A stretch of DNA of 64,000 bases, from positions 13,330,001-13,394,000 of the forward strand of contig OZ024766.1 of NCBI GenBank assembly GCA_964016885.1. The letters are read 5' to 3'. Position numbers and translations under genes: made by a program. This document shows positions 13,431-28,329 of this stretch, in pieces (the stretch's first letter is position 1; every line of letters starts with the position of its first letter). Source of the stretch: Eledone cirrhosa (taxonomy: Eukaryota). A model generated the notes under the pieces. That model had not been told where the DNA came from. It was given only the letters and a program-made list of their open reading frames with translations, and ran no database searches.

Positions 13431-14099
13431 GTACCATGAACTTAAATGAATTCTCACCAACATTGGAGTTACTTCTGACAACTAATACTATGACTTAAAT
13501 GAATTCTCACCAACAGTGGAGTTACTTCTGACAAACTAATACCATGAACTTAAATGAATTCTCACCAACAGTGGAGTTACTTCTGACAGCTAATACCATG
13601 AACTTAAATGAATTCTCACCAACAGTGGAGTTACTTCTGACAGCTAATACCATGAACTTAAATGAATTCTCACCAACAGTGGAGTTACTTCTGACAGCTA
13701 ATACCATGACTTAAATGAATTCTCACCAACAGTGGAGTTACTTCTGACAGCTAATACCATGAACTTAAATGAATTCTCACCAACATTGGAGTTACTTCTG
13801 ACAGCTAGTACCATGAACGTAAATGAATTCTCACCAACAGTGGAGTTACTTCTGACAGCTAATACCATGAACTTAAATGAATTCTCACCAACAGTGGAGT
13901 TACTTCTGACAGCTAATACCATGACTTAAATGAATTCTCACCAACAGTGGAGTTACTTCTGACAGCTAATACCATGAACTTAAATGAATTCTCACCAACA
14001 TTGGAGTTACTTCTGACAGCTAGTACAATGAACTTAAATGAATTCTCACCAACAGTGGAGTTACTTCTGACAGCTAATACCATGAACTTAAATGAATTC

Positions 14100-16950
14100 T
14101 CACCAACAGTGGAGTTACTTCTGACAGCTAATACCATGAACTTAAATGAATTCTCACCAACAGTGGAGTTACTTCTGACAGCTAATACCTTGAACTTAAA
14201 TGAATTCTCACCAACATTGGAGTTACTTCTGACAGCTAGTACCATGAACTTAAATGAATTCTCACCAACGGTGCAGTTACTTCTGACAGCTAATACCATG
14301 AACTTAAATGAATTCTCACCAACAGTGGAGTTACTTCTGACAGCTAGTACCATGAACTTAAATGAATTCTCACCAACAGTGGAGTTCCTTCTGACAGCTA
14401 ATACCATGAACTTAAATGAATTCTCACCAACAGTGGAGTTACTTCTGACAGCTAGTACCATGACTTAAATGAATTCTCACCAACATTGGAGTTCCTTCTG
14501 ACAGCTAATACCATGAATTTAAATGAATTCTCACCAACAGTGGAGTTACTTCTGACAGCTAATACCATGAACTTAAATGAATTCTCACCAACAGTGGAGT
14601 TACTTCTGACAGCTAATACCATGAACTTAAATGAATTCTCACCAACAGTGGAGTTACTTCTGACAGCTAATACCATGAACTTAAATGAATTCTCACCAAC
14701 ATTGGAGTGACTTCTGACAGCTAATACCATGAACTTAAATGAATTCTCACCAACATTGGGGTTACTTCTGACAGCTAGTACCATGAACTTAAATGAATTC
14801 TCACCAACAGTGGAGTGACTTCTGACAGCTAATACCATGAACTTAAATGAATTCTCACCAACATTGGAGTTACTTCTGACAGCTAATACCATGACTTAAA
14901 TGAATTCTCACCAACAGTGGAGTTACTTCTGACAGCTAATACCATGAACTTAAATGAATTCTTACCAACAGTGGAGTTACTTCTGACAGCTAATACCATG
15001 AACTTAAATGAATTCTCACCAACAGTGGAGTTACTTCTGACAGCTAATACCATGAACTTAAATGAATTCTCACCAACATTGGAGTGACTTCTGACAGCTA
15101 ATACCATGAACTTAAATGAATTCTCACCAACATTGGGGTTACTTCTGACAGCTAGTACCATGAACTTAAATGAATTCTCACCAACCGTGGAGTGACTTCT
15201 GACAGCTAATACCATGAACTTAAATGAATTCTCACCAACATTGGAGTGACTTCTGACAGCTAATACCATGAACTTAAATGAATTCTCACCAACAGTGGAG
15301 TTACTTCTGACAGCTAGTACCATGAACTTAAATGAATTCTCACCAACAGTGGAGTTACTTCTGACAGCTAATACCATGAACTTAAATGAATTCTCACCAA
15401 CAGTGGCGTTCCTTCTGACAGCTAATACCATTAACTTAAATGAATTCTCACCAACAGTGGAGTTACTTCTGACAGCTAATACCATGAATTTAAATGAATT
15501 CTTACCAACAGTGGAGTTACTTCTGACAGCTAATACCATGAACTTAAATGAATTCTCACCAACAGTGGAGTTACTTCTGACAGCTAATACCATGAACTTA
15601 AATGAATTCTCACCAACATTGGAGTTACTTCTGACAGCTAGTACCATGAACTTAAATGAATTCTCACCAACGGTGCAGTTACTTCTGACAGCTAATACCA
15701 TGAACTTAAATGAATTCTCACCAACAGTGGAGTTACTTCTGACAGCTAATACCATGAACTTAAATGAATTCTCACCAACAGTGGAGTTCCTTCTGACAGC
15801 TAATCCCATGAACTTAAATGAATTCTCACCAACAGTGGAGTTACTTCTGACAGCTAGTACCATGACTTAAATGAATTCTCACCAACATTGGAGTTCCTTC
15901 TGACAGCTAATACCATGAACTTAAATGAATTCTCACCAACAGTGGAGTTACTTCTGACAGCTAATACCATGAACTTAAATGAATTCTCACCAACAGTGGA
16001 GTTACTTCTGACAGCTAATACCATGAACTTAAATGAATTCTCACCAACAGTGGAGTTACTTCTGACAGCTAATACCATGAACTTAAATGAATTCTCACCA
16101 ACATTGGAGTGACTTCTGACAGCTAATACCATGAACTTAAATGAATTCTCACCAACATTGGGGTTACTTCTGACAGCTAGTACCATGAACTTAAATGAAT
16201 TCTCACCAACAGTGGAGTGACTTCTGACAGCTAATACCATGAACTTAAATGAATTCTCACCAACATTGGAGTTACTTCTGACAGCTAATACCATGACTTA
16301 AATGAATTCTCACCAACAGTGGAGTTACTTCTGACAGCTAATACCATGAACTTAAATGAATTCTCACCAACAGTGGAGTTACTTCTGACAGCTAATACCA
16401 TGAACTTAAATGAATTCTCACCAACAGTGGAGTTACTTCTGACAGCTAATACCATGAACTTAAATGAATTCTCACCAACATTGGAGTGACTTCTGACAGC
16501 TAATACCATGAACTTAAATGAATTCTCACCAACATTGGGGTTACTTCTGACAGCTAGTACCATGAACTTAAATGAATTCTCACCAACAGTGGAGTGACTT
16601 CTGACAGCTAATACCATGAACTTAAATGAATTCTCACCAACATTGGAGTGACTTCTGACAGCTAATACCATGAACTTAAATGAATTCTCACCAACAGTGG
16701 AGTTACTTCTGACAGCTAGTACCATGAACTTAAATGAATTCTCACCAACAGTGGAGTTACTTCTGACAGCTAATACCATGAACTTAAATGAATTCTCACC
16801 AACAGTGGCGTTCCTTCTGACAGCTAATACCATGAACTTAAATGAATTCTCACCAACAGTGGAGTTACTTCTGACAGCTAATACCATGAACTTAAATGAA
16901 TTCTTACCAACAGTGGAGTTACTTCTGACAGCTAATACCATGAACTTAAA
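14100..16950. repeat. Local tandem duplication, period 1402 bp (26 monomers)
   Basis: The rare CGGTGCAG variant occurs at 14269 and 15671. ORF-track boundaries 14452/15854 and 14883/16285 are offset by 1402. Confidence 0.75.
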
Positions 16951-19900
16951 TGAATTCTCACCAACATTGGAGTGACTTCTGACAGCTAATACCATGAACT
17001 TAAATGAATTCTCACCAACATTGGGGTTACTTCTGACAGCTAGTACCATGAACTTAAATGTATTCTCACCAACAGTGGAGTGACTTCTGACAGCTAGTAC
17101 CATGAACTTAAATGAATTCTCACCAACAGTGGAGTTACTTCTGACAGCTAATACCATGAACTTAAATGAATTCTCACCAACAGTGGAGTTACTTCTGACA
17201 GCTAATACCATGAACTTAAATGAATTCTCACCAACATTGGAGTGACTTCTGACAGCTAATACCATGAACTTAAATGAATTCTCACCAACATTGGGGTTAC
17301 TTCTGACAGCTAGTACCATGAACTTAAATGAATTCTCACCAACAGTGGAGTGACTTCTGACAGCTAATACCATGAACTTAAATGAATTCTCACCAACATT
17401 GGAGTGACTTCTGACAGCTAATACCATGAACTTAAATGAATTCTCACCAACAGTGGAGTTACTTCTGACAGCTAGTACCATGAACTTAAATGAATTCTCA
17501 CCAACAGTGGAGTTACTTCTGACAGCTAATACCATGAACTTAAATGAATTCTCACCAACAGTGGCGTTCCTTCTGACAGCTAATACCATGAACTTAAATG
17601 AATTCTCACCAACAGTGGAGTTACTTCTGACAGCTAATACCATGAACTTAAATGAATTCTTACCAACAGTGGAGTTACTTCTGACAGCTAATACCATGAA
17701 CTTAAATGAATTCTCACCAACATTGGAGTGACTTCTGACAGCTAATACCATGAACTTAAATGAATTCTCACCAACATTGGGGTTACTTCTGACAGCTAGT
17801 ACCATGAACTTAAATGTATTCTCACCAACAGTGGAGTGACTTCTGACAGCTAGTACCATGAACTTAAATGAATTCTCACCAACAGTGGAGTTACTTCTGA
17901 CAGCTAATACCATGAACTTAAATGAATTCTCAGCAACAGTGGAGTTCCTTCTGACAGCTAATACCATGAACTTAAATGGATTCTCACCAACATTGGAGTT
18001 ACTTCTGACAGCTAGTACCATGAACTTAAATGAATTCTCACCAACAGTGGAGTTACTTCTGACAGCTAATACCATGAACTTAAATGAATTCTCACCAACA
18101 GTGGCGTTCCTTCTGACAGCTAATACAATGAACTTAAATGAATTCTCACCAACAGTGGAGTTACTTCTGACAGCTAGTACCATGACTTAAATGAATTCTC
18201 ACCAACATTGGAGTGACTTCTGACAGCTAATACCATGAACTTAAATGAATTCTCACCAACAGTGGAGTTACTTCTGACAGCTAATACCATGAACTTAAAT
18301 GAATTCTCACCAACAGTGGAGTTACTTCTGACAGCTAATACCATGAACTTAAATGAATTCTCACCAACAGTGGAGTTACTTCTGACAGCTAATACCATGA
18401 ACTTAAATGAATTCTCACCAACATTGGAGTGACTTCTGACAGCTAATACCATGAACTTAAATGAATTCTCACCAACATTGGGGTTACTTCTGACAGCTAG
18501 TACCATGAACTTAAATGAATTCTCACCAACAGTGGAGTGACTTCTGACAACTAATACCATGAACTTAAATGAATTCTCACCAACATTGGAGTTACTTCTG
18601 ACAGCTAATACCATGACTTAAATGAATTCTCACCAACAGCGGAGTTACTTCTGACAGCTAATACCACGAACTTAAATGAATTCTCACCAACATTGGAGTG
18701 ACTTCTGACAGCTAATACCATGAACTTAAATGAATTCTCACCAACATTGGGGTTACTTCTGACAGCTAGTACCATGAACTTAAATGAATTCTCACCAACA
18801 GTGGAGTGACTTCTGACAGCTAATACCATGAACTTAAATGAATTCTCACCAACATTGGAGTGACTTCTGACAGCTAATACCATGAACTTAAATGAATTCT
18901 CACCAACAGTGGAGTTACTTCTGACAGCTAGTACCATGAACTTAAATGAATTCTCACCAACAGTGGAGTTACTTCTGACAGCTAATACCATGAACTTAAA
19001 TGAATTCTCAGCAACAGTGGAGTTCCTTCTGACAGCTAATACCATGAACTTAAATGAATTCTCACCAACATTGGAGTTACTTCTGACAGCTAGTACCATG
19101 AACTTAAATGAATTCTCACCAACAGTGGAGTTACTTCTGACAGCTAATACCATGAACTTAAATGAATTCTCACCAACAGTGGCGTTCCTTCTGACAGCTA
19201 ATACCATGAACTTAAATGAATTCTCACCAACAGTGGGGTTACTTCTGACAGCTAGTACCATGAACTTAAATGTATTCTCACCAACAGTGGAGTGACTTCT
19301 GACAGCTAATACCATGAACTTAAATGAATTCTCACCAACAGTGGAGTTCCTTCTGACAGCTAATACCATGAACTTAAATGAATTCTCACCAACAGTGGAG
19401 TTACTTCTGACAGCTAGTACCATGACTTAAATGAATTCTCACCAACATTGGAGTTCCTTCTGACAGCTAATACCATGAACTTAAATGAATTCTCACCAAC
19501 AGTGGAGTTACTTCTGACAGCTAATACCATGAACTTAAATGAATTCTCACCAACAGTGGAGTTACTTCTGACAGCTAATACCATGAACTTAAATGAATTC
19601 TCACCAACAGTGGAGTTACTTCTGACAGCTAATACCATGAACTTAAATGAATTCTCACCAACATTGGAGTGACTTCTGACAGCTAATACCATGAACTTAA
19701 ATGAATTCTCACCAACATTGGGGTTACTTCTGACAGCTAGTACCATGAACTTAAATGAATTCTCACCAACAGTGGAGTGACTTCTGACAGCTAATACCAT
19801 GAACTTAAATGAATTCTCACCAACATTGGAGTTACTTCTGACAGCTAATACCATGACTTAAATGAATTCTCACCAACAGTGGAGTTACTTCTGACAGCTA

Positions 19901-22900
19901 ATACCATGAACTTAAATGAATTCTCACCAACAGTGGAGTTACTTCTGACAGCTAATACCATGAACTTAAATGAATTCTCACCAACAGTGGAGTTACTTCT
20001 GACAGCTAATACCATGAACTTAAATGAATTCTCACCGACATTGGAGTGACTTCTGACAGCTAATACCATGAACTTAAATGAATTCTCACCAACATTGGGG
20101 TTACTTCTGACAGCTAGTACCATGAACTTAAATGAATTCTCACCAACCGTGGAGTGACTTCTGACAGCTAATACCATGAACTTAAATGAATTCTCACCAA
20201 CATTGGAGTGACTTCTGACAGCTAATACCATGAACTTAAATGAATTCTCACCAACAGTGGAGTTACTTCTGACAGCTAGTACCATGAACTTAAATGAATT
20301 CTCACCAACAGTGGAGTTACTTCTGACAGCTAATACCATGAACTTAAATGAATTCTCACCAACAGTGGCGTTCCTTCTGACAGCTAATACCATGAACTTA
20401 AATGAATTCTCACCAACAGTGGAGTTACTTCTGACAGCTAATACCATGAACTTAAATGAATTCTTACCAACAGTGGAGTTACTTCTGACAGCTAATACCA
20501 TGAACTTAAATGAATTCTCACCAACATTGGAGTTACTTCTGACAGCTAGTACCATGAACTTAAATGAATTCTCACCAACAGTGGAGTTACTTCTGACAGC
20601 TAATACCATGAACTTAAATGAATTCTCACCAACAGTGGCGTTCCTTCTGACAGCTAATACCATGAACTTAAATGAATTCTCACCAACAGTGGAGTTACTT
20701 CTGACAGCTAATACCATGAACTTAAATGAATTCTCACCAACAGTGGAGTTACTTCTGACAGCTAATACCATGAACTTAAATGAATTCTCACCAACATTGG
20801 AGTTACTTCTGACAGCTAGTACCATGAACTTAAATGAATTCTCACCAACGGTGCAGTTACTTCTGACAGCTAATACCATGAACTTAAATGAATTCTCACC
20901 AACAGTGGAGTTACTTCTGACAGCTAATACCATGAACTTAAATGAATTCTCACCAACAGTGGAGTTCCTTCTGACAGCTAATACCATGAACTTAAATGAA
21001 TTCTCACCAACAGTGGAGTTACTTCTGACAGCTAGTACCATGACTTAAATGAATTCTCACCAACATTGGAGTTCCTTCTGACAGCTAATACCATGAACTT
21101 AAATGAATTCTCACCAACAGTGGAGTTACTTCTGACAGCTAATACCATGAACTTAAATGAATTCTCACCAACAGTGGAGTTACTTCTGACAGCTAATACC
21201 ATGAACTTAAATGAATTCTCACCAACAGTGGAGTTACTTCTGACAGCTAATACCATGAACTTAAATGAATTCTCACCAACATTGGAGTGACTTCTGACAG
21301 CTAATACCATGAACTTAAATGAATTCTCACCAACATTGGGGTTACTTCTGACAGCTAGTACCATGAACTTAAATGAATTCTCACCAACAGTGGAGTGACT
21401 TCTGACAGCTAATACCATGAACTTAAATGAATTCTCACCAACATTGGAGTTACTTCTGACAGCTAATACCATGACTTAAATGAATTCTCACCAACAGTGG
21501 AGTTACTTCTGACAGCTAATACCATGAACTTAAATGAATTCTCACCAACAGTGGAGTTACTTCTGACAGCTAATACCATGAACTTAAATGAATTCTCACC
21601 AACATTGGAGTGACTTCTGACAGCTAATACCATGAACTTAAATGAATTCTCACCAACATTGGGGTTACTTCTGACAGCTAGTACCATGAACTTAAATGAA
21701 TTCTCACCAACAGTGGAGTGACTTCTGACAGCTAATACCATGAACTTAAATGAATTCTCACCAACATTGGAGTGACTTCTGACAGCTAATACCATGAACT
21801 TAAATGAATTCTCACCAACAGTGGAGTTACTTCTGACAGCTAGTACCATGAACTTAAATGAATTCTCACCAACAGTGGAGTTACTTCTGACAGCTAATAC
21901 CATGAACTTAAATGAATTCTCACCAACAGTGGCGTTCCTTCTGACAGCTAATACCATGAACTTAAATGAATTCTCACCAACAGTGGAGTTACTTCTGACA
22001 GCTAATACCATGAACTTAAATGAATTCTTACCAACAGTGGAGTTACTTCTGACAGCTAATACCATGAACTTAAATGAATTCTCACCAACATTGGAGTGAC
22101 TTCTGACAGCTAATACCATGAACTTAAATGAATTCTCACCAACATTGGGGTTACTTCTGACAGCTAGTACCATGAACTTAAATGTATTCTCACCAACAGT
22201 GGAGTGACTTCTGACAGCTAGTACCATGAACTTAAATGAATTCTCACCAACAGTGGAGTTACTTCTGACAGCTAATACCATGAACTTAAATGAATTCTCA
22301 GCAACAGTGGAGTTCCTTCTGACAGCTAATACCATGAACTTAAATGGATTCTCACCAACATTGGAGTTACTTCTGACAGCTAGTACCATGAACTTAAATG
22401 AATTCTCACCAACAGTGGAGTTACTTCTGACAGCTAATACCATGAACTTAAATGAATTCTCACCAACAGTGGCGTTCCTTCTGACAGCTAATACAATGAA
22501 CTTAAATGAATTCTCACCAACAGTGGAGTTACTTCTGACAGCTAGTACCATGACTTAAATGAATTCTCACCAACATTGGAGTGACTTCTGACAGCTAATA
22601 CCATGAACTTAAATGAATTCTCACCAACAGTGGAGTTACTTCTGACAGCTAATACCATGAACTTAAATGAATTCTCACCAACAGTGGAGTTACTTCTGAC
22701 AGCTAATACCATGAACTTAAATGAATTCTCACCAACAGTGGAGTTACTTCTGACAGCTAATACCATGAACTTAAATGAATTCTCACCAACATTGGAGTGA
22801 CTTCTGACAGCTAATACCATGAACTTAAATGAATTCTCACCAACATTGGGGTTACTTCTGACAGCTAGTACCATGAACTTAAATGAATTCTCACCAACAG

Positions 22901-25900
22901 TGGAGTGACTTCTGACAACTAATACCATGAACTTCAATGAATTCTCACCAACATTGGAGTTACTTCTGACAGCTAATACCATGACTTAAATGAATTCTCC
23001 CCAACAGTGGAGTTACTTCTGACAGCTAATACCATGAACTTAAATGAATTCTCACCAACAGTGGAGTTACTTCTGACAGCTAATACCATGAACTTAAATG
23101 AATTCTCACCAACATTGGAGTTACTTCTGACAGCTAATACCATGACTTAAATGAATTCTCACCAACAGCGGAGTTACTTCTGACAGCTAATACCATGAAC
23201 TTAAATGAATTCTCACCAACAGTGGAGTTACTTCTGACAGCTAATACCATGAACTTAAATGAATTCTCACCAACAGTGGAGTTACTTCTGACAGTTAATA
23301 CCATGAACTTAAATGAATTCTCACCAACATTGGAGTGACTTCTGACAGCTAATACCATGAACTTAAATGAATTCTCACCAACATTGGGGTTACTTCTGAC
23401 AGCTAGTACCATGAACTTAAATGAATTCTCACCAACAGTGGAGTGACTTCTGACAGCTAATACCATGAACTTAAATGAATTCTCACCAACATTGGAGTGA
23501 CTTCTGACAGCTAATACCATGAACTTAAATGAATTCTCACCAACATTGGAGTGACTTCTGACAGCTAATACCATGAACTTAAATGAATTCTCACCAACAT
23601 TGGGGTTACTTCTGACAGCTAGTACCATGAACTTAAATGAATTCTCACCAACAGTGGAGTGACTTCTGACAGCTAATACCATGAACTTAAATGAATTCTC
23701 ACCAACATTGGAGTGACTTCTGATAGCTAATACCATGAACTTAAATGAATTCTCACCAACAGTGGAGTTACTTCTGACAGCTAGTACCATGAACTTAAAT
23801 GAATTCTCACCAACAGTGGAGTTACTTCTGACAGCTAATACCATGAACTTAAATGAATTCTCAGCAACAGTGGAGTTCCTTCTGACAGCTAATACCATGA
23901 ACTTAAATGAATTCTCACCAACATTGGAGTTACTTCTGACAGCTAGTACCATGAACTTAAATGAATTCTCACCAACAGTGGAGTTACTTCTGACAGCTAA
24001 TACCATGAACTTAAATGAATTCTCACCAACAGTGGCGTTCCTTCTGACAGCTAATACCATGAACTTAAATGAATTCTCACCAACAGTGGGGTTACTTCTG
24101 ACAGCTAGTACCATGAACTTAAATGTATTCTCACCAACAGTGGAGTGACTTCTGACAGCTAATACCATGAACTTAAATGAATTCTCACCAACAGTGGAGT
24201 TCCTTCTGACAGCTAATACCATGAACTTAAATGAATTCTCACCAACAGTGGAGTTACTTCTGACAGCTAGTACCATGACTTAAATGAATTCTCACCAACA
24301 TTGGAGTTCCTTCTGACAGCTAATACCATGAACTTAAATGAATTCTCACCAACAGTGGAGTTACTTCTGACAGCTAATACCATGAACTTAAATGAATTCT
24401 CACCAACAGTGGAGTTACTTCTGACAGCTAATACCATGAACTTAAATGAATTCTCACCAACAGTGGAGTTACTTCTGACAGCTAATACCATGAACTTAAA
24501 TGAATTCTCACCAACATTGGAGTGACTTCTGACAGCTAATACCATGAACTTAAATGAATTCTCACCAACATTGGGGTTACTTCTGACAGCTAGTACCATG
24601 AACTTAAATGAATTCTCACCAACAGTGGAGTGACTTCTGACAGCTAATACCATGAACTTAAATGAATTCTCACCAACATTGGAGTTACTTCTGACAGCTA
24701 ATACCATGACTTAAATGAATTCTCACCAACAGTGGAGTTACTTCTGACAGCTAATACCATGAACTTAAATGAATTCTCACCAACAGTGGAGTTACTTCTG
24801 ACAGCTAATACCATGAACTTAAATGAATTCTCACCAACAGTGGAGTTACTTCTGACAGCTAATACCATGAACTTAAATGAATTCTCACCGACATTGGAGT
24901 GACTTCTGACAGCTAATACCATGAACTTAAATGAATTCTCACCAACATTGGGGTTACTTCTGACAGCTAGTACCATGAACTTAAATGAATTCTCACCAAC
25001 CGTGGAGTGACTTCTGACAGCTAATACCATGAACTTAAATGAATTCTCACCAACATTGGAGTGACTTCTGACAGCTAATACCATGAACTTAAATGAATTC
25101 TCACCAACAGTGGAGTTACTTCTGACAGCTAATACCATGAACTTAAATGAATTCTCACCGACATTGGAGTGACTTCTGACAGCTAATACCATGAACTTAA
25201 ATGAATTCTCACCAACATTGGGGTTACTTCTGACAGCTAGTACCATGAACTTAAATGAATTCTCACCAACCGTGGAGTGACTTCTGACAGCTAATACCAT
25301 GAACTTAAATGAATTCTCACCAACATTGGAGTGACTTCTGACAGCTAATACCATGAACTTAAATGAATTCTCACCAACAGTGGAGTTACTTCTGACAGCT
25401 AGTACCATGAACTTAAATGAATTCTCACCAACAGTGGAGTTACTTCTGACAGCTAATACCATGAACTTAAATGAATTCTCACCAACAGTGGCGTTCCTTC
25501 TGACAGCTAATACCATGAACTTAAATGAATTCTCACCAACATTGGAGTTCCTTCTGACAGCTAATACCATGAACTTAAATGAATTCTCACCAACAGTGGA
25601 GTTACTTCTGACAGCTAATACCATGAACTTAAATGAATTCTCACCAACAGTGGAGTTACTTCTGACAGCTAATACCATGAACTTAAATGAATTCTCACCA
25701 ACAGTGGAGTTACTTCTGACAGCTAATACCATGAACTTAAATGAATTCTCACCAACATTGGAGTGACTTCTGACAGCTAATACCATGAACTTAAATGAAT
25801 TCTCACCAACATTGGGGTTACTTCTGACAGCTAGTACCATGAACTTAAATGAATTCTCACCAACAGTGGAGTGACTTCTGACAGCTAATACCATGAACTT

Positions 25901-28329
25901 AAATGAATTCTCACCAACATTGGAGTTACTTCTGACAGCTAATACCATGACTTAAATGAATTCTCACCAACAGTGGAGTTACTTCTGACAGCTAATACCA
26001 TGAACTTAAATGAATTCTCACCAACAGTGGAGTTACTTCTGACAGCTAATACCATGAACTTAAATGAATTCTCACCAACAGTGGAGTTACTTCTGACAGC
26101 TAATACCATGAACTTAAATGAATTCTCACCGACATTGGAGTGACTTCTGACAGCTAATACCATGAACTTAAATGAATTCTCACCAACATTGGGGTTACTT
26201 CTGACAGCTAGTACCATGAACTTAAATGAATTCTCACCAACCGTGGAGTGACTTCTGACAGCTAATACCATGAACTTAAATGAATTCTCACCAACATTGG
26301 AGTGACTTCTGACAGCTAATACCATGACTTAAATGAATTCTCACCAACAGTGGAGTTACTTCTGACAGCTAATACCATGAACTTAAATGAATTCTCACCA
26401 ACAGTGGAGTTACTTCTGACAGCTAATACCATGAACTTAAATGAATTCTCACCAACAGTGGCGTTCCTTCTGACAGCTAATACCATGAACTTAAATGAAT
26501 TCTCACCAACAGTGGAGTTACTTCTGACAGCTAATACCATGAACTTAAATGAATTCTTACCAACAGTGGAGTTACTTCTGACAGCTAATACCATGAACTT
26601 AAATGAATTCTCACCAACAGTGGAGTTACTTCTGACAGCTAATACCATGAACTTAAATGAATTCTCACCAACATTGGAGTTACTTCTGACAGCTAGTACC
26701 ATGAACTTAAATGAATTCTCACCAACGGTGCAGTTACTTCTGACAGCTAATACCATGAACTTAAATGAATTCTCACCAACAGTGGAGTTACTTCTGACAG
26801 CTAATACCATGAACTTAAATGAATTCTCACCAACAGTGGAGTTCCTTCTGACAGCTAATACCATGAACTTAAATGAATTCTCACCAACAGTGGAGTTACT
26901 TCTGACAGCTAATACCATGAACTTAAATGAATTCTCACCAACATTGGAGTGACTTCTGACAGCTAATACCATGAACTTAAATGAATTCTCACCAACATTG
27001 GGGTTACTTCTGACAGCTAGTACCATGAACTTAAATGAATTCTCACCAACAGTGGAGTGACTTCTGACAGCTAATACCATGAACTTAAATGAATTCTCAC
27101 CAACATTGGAGTTACTTCTGACAGCTAATACCATGACTTAAATGAATTCTCACCAACAGTGGAGTTACTTCTGACAGCTAATACCATGAACTTAAATGAA
27201 TTCTCACCAACAGTGGAGTTACTTCTGACAGCTAATACCATGAACTTAAATGAATTCTCACCAACAGTGGAGTTACTTCTGACAGCTAATACCATGAACT
27301 TAAATGAATTCTCACCAACATTGGAGTGACTTCTGACAGCTAATACCATGAACTTAAATGAATTCTCACCAACATTGGGGTTACTTCTGACAGCTAGTAC
27401 CATGAACTTAAATGAATTCTCACCAACAGTGGAGTGACTTCTGACAGCTAATACCATGAACTTAAATGAATTCTCACCAACATTGGAGTGACTTCTGACA
27501 GCTAATACCATGAACTTAAATGAATTCTCACCAACAGTGGAGTTACTTCTGACAGCTAGTACCATGAACTTAAATGAATTCTCACCAACAGTGGAGTTAC
27601 TTCTGACAGCTAATACCATGAACTTAAATGAATTCTCACCAACAGTGGCGTTCCTTCTGACAGCTAATACCATGAACTTAAATGAATTCTCACCAACAGT
27701 GGAGTTACTTCTGACAGCTAATACCATGAACTTAAATGAATTCTTACCAACAGTGGAGTTACTTCTGACAGCTAATACCATGAACTTAAATGAATTCTCA
27801 CCAACATTGGAGTGACTTCTGACAGCTAATACCATGAACTTAAATGAATTCTCACCAACATTGGGGTTACTTCTGACAGCTAGTACCATGAACTTAAATG
27901 TATTCTCACCAACAGTGGAGTGACTTCTGACAGCTAGTACCATGAACTTAAATGAATTCTCACCAACAGTGGAGTTACTTCTGACAGCTAATACCATGAA
28001 CTTAAATGAATTCTCAGCAACAGTGGAGTTCCTTCTGACAGCTAATACCATGAACTTAAATGGATTCTCACCAACATTGGAGTTACTTCTGACAGCTAGT
28101 ACCATGAACTTAAATGAATTCTCACCAACAGTGGAGTTACTTCTGACAGCTAATACCATGAACTTAAATGAATTCTCACCAACAGTGGCGTTCCTTCTGA
28201 CAGCTAATACAATGAACTTAAATGAATTCTCACCAACAGTGGAGTTACTTCTGACAGCTAGTACCATGACTTAAATGAATTCTCACCAACATTGGAGTGA
28301 CTTCTGACAGCTAATACCATGAACTTAAA

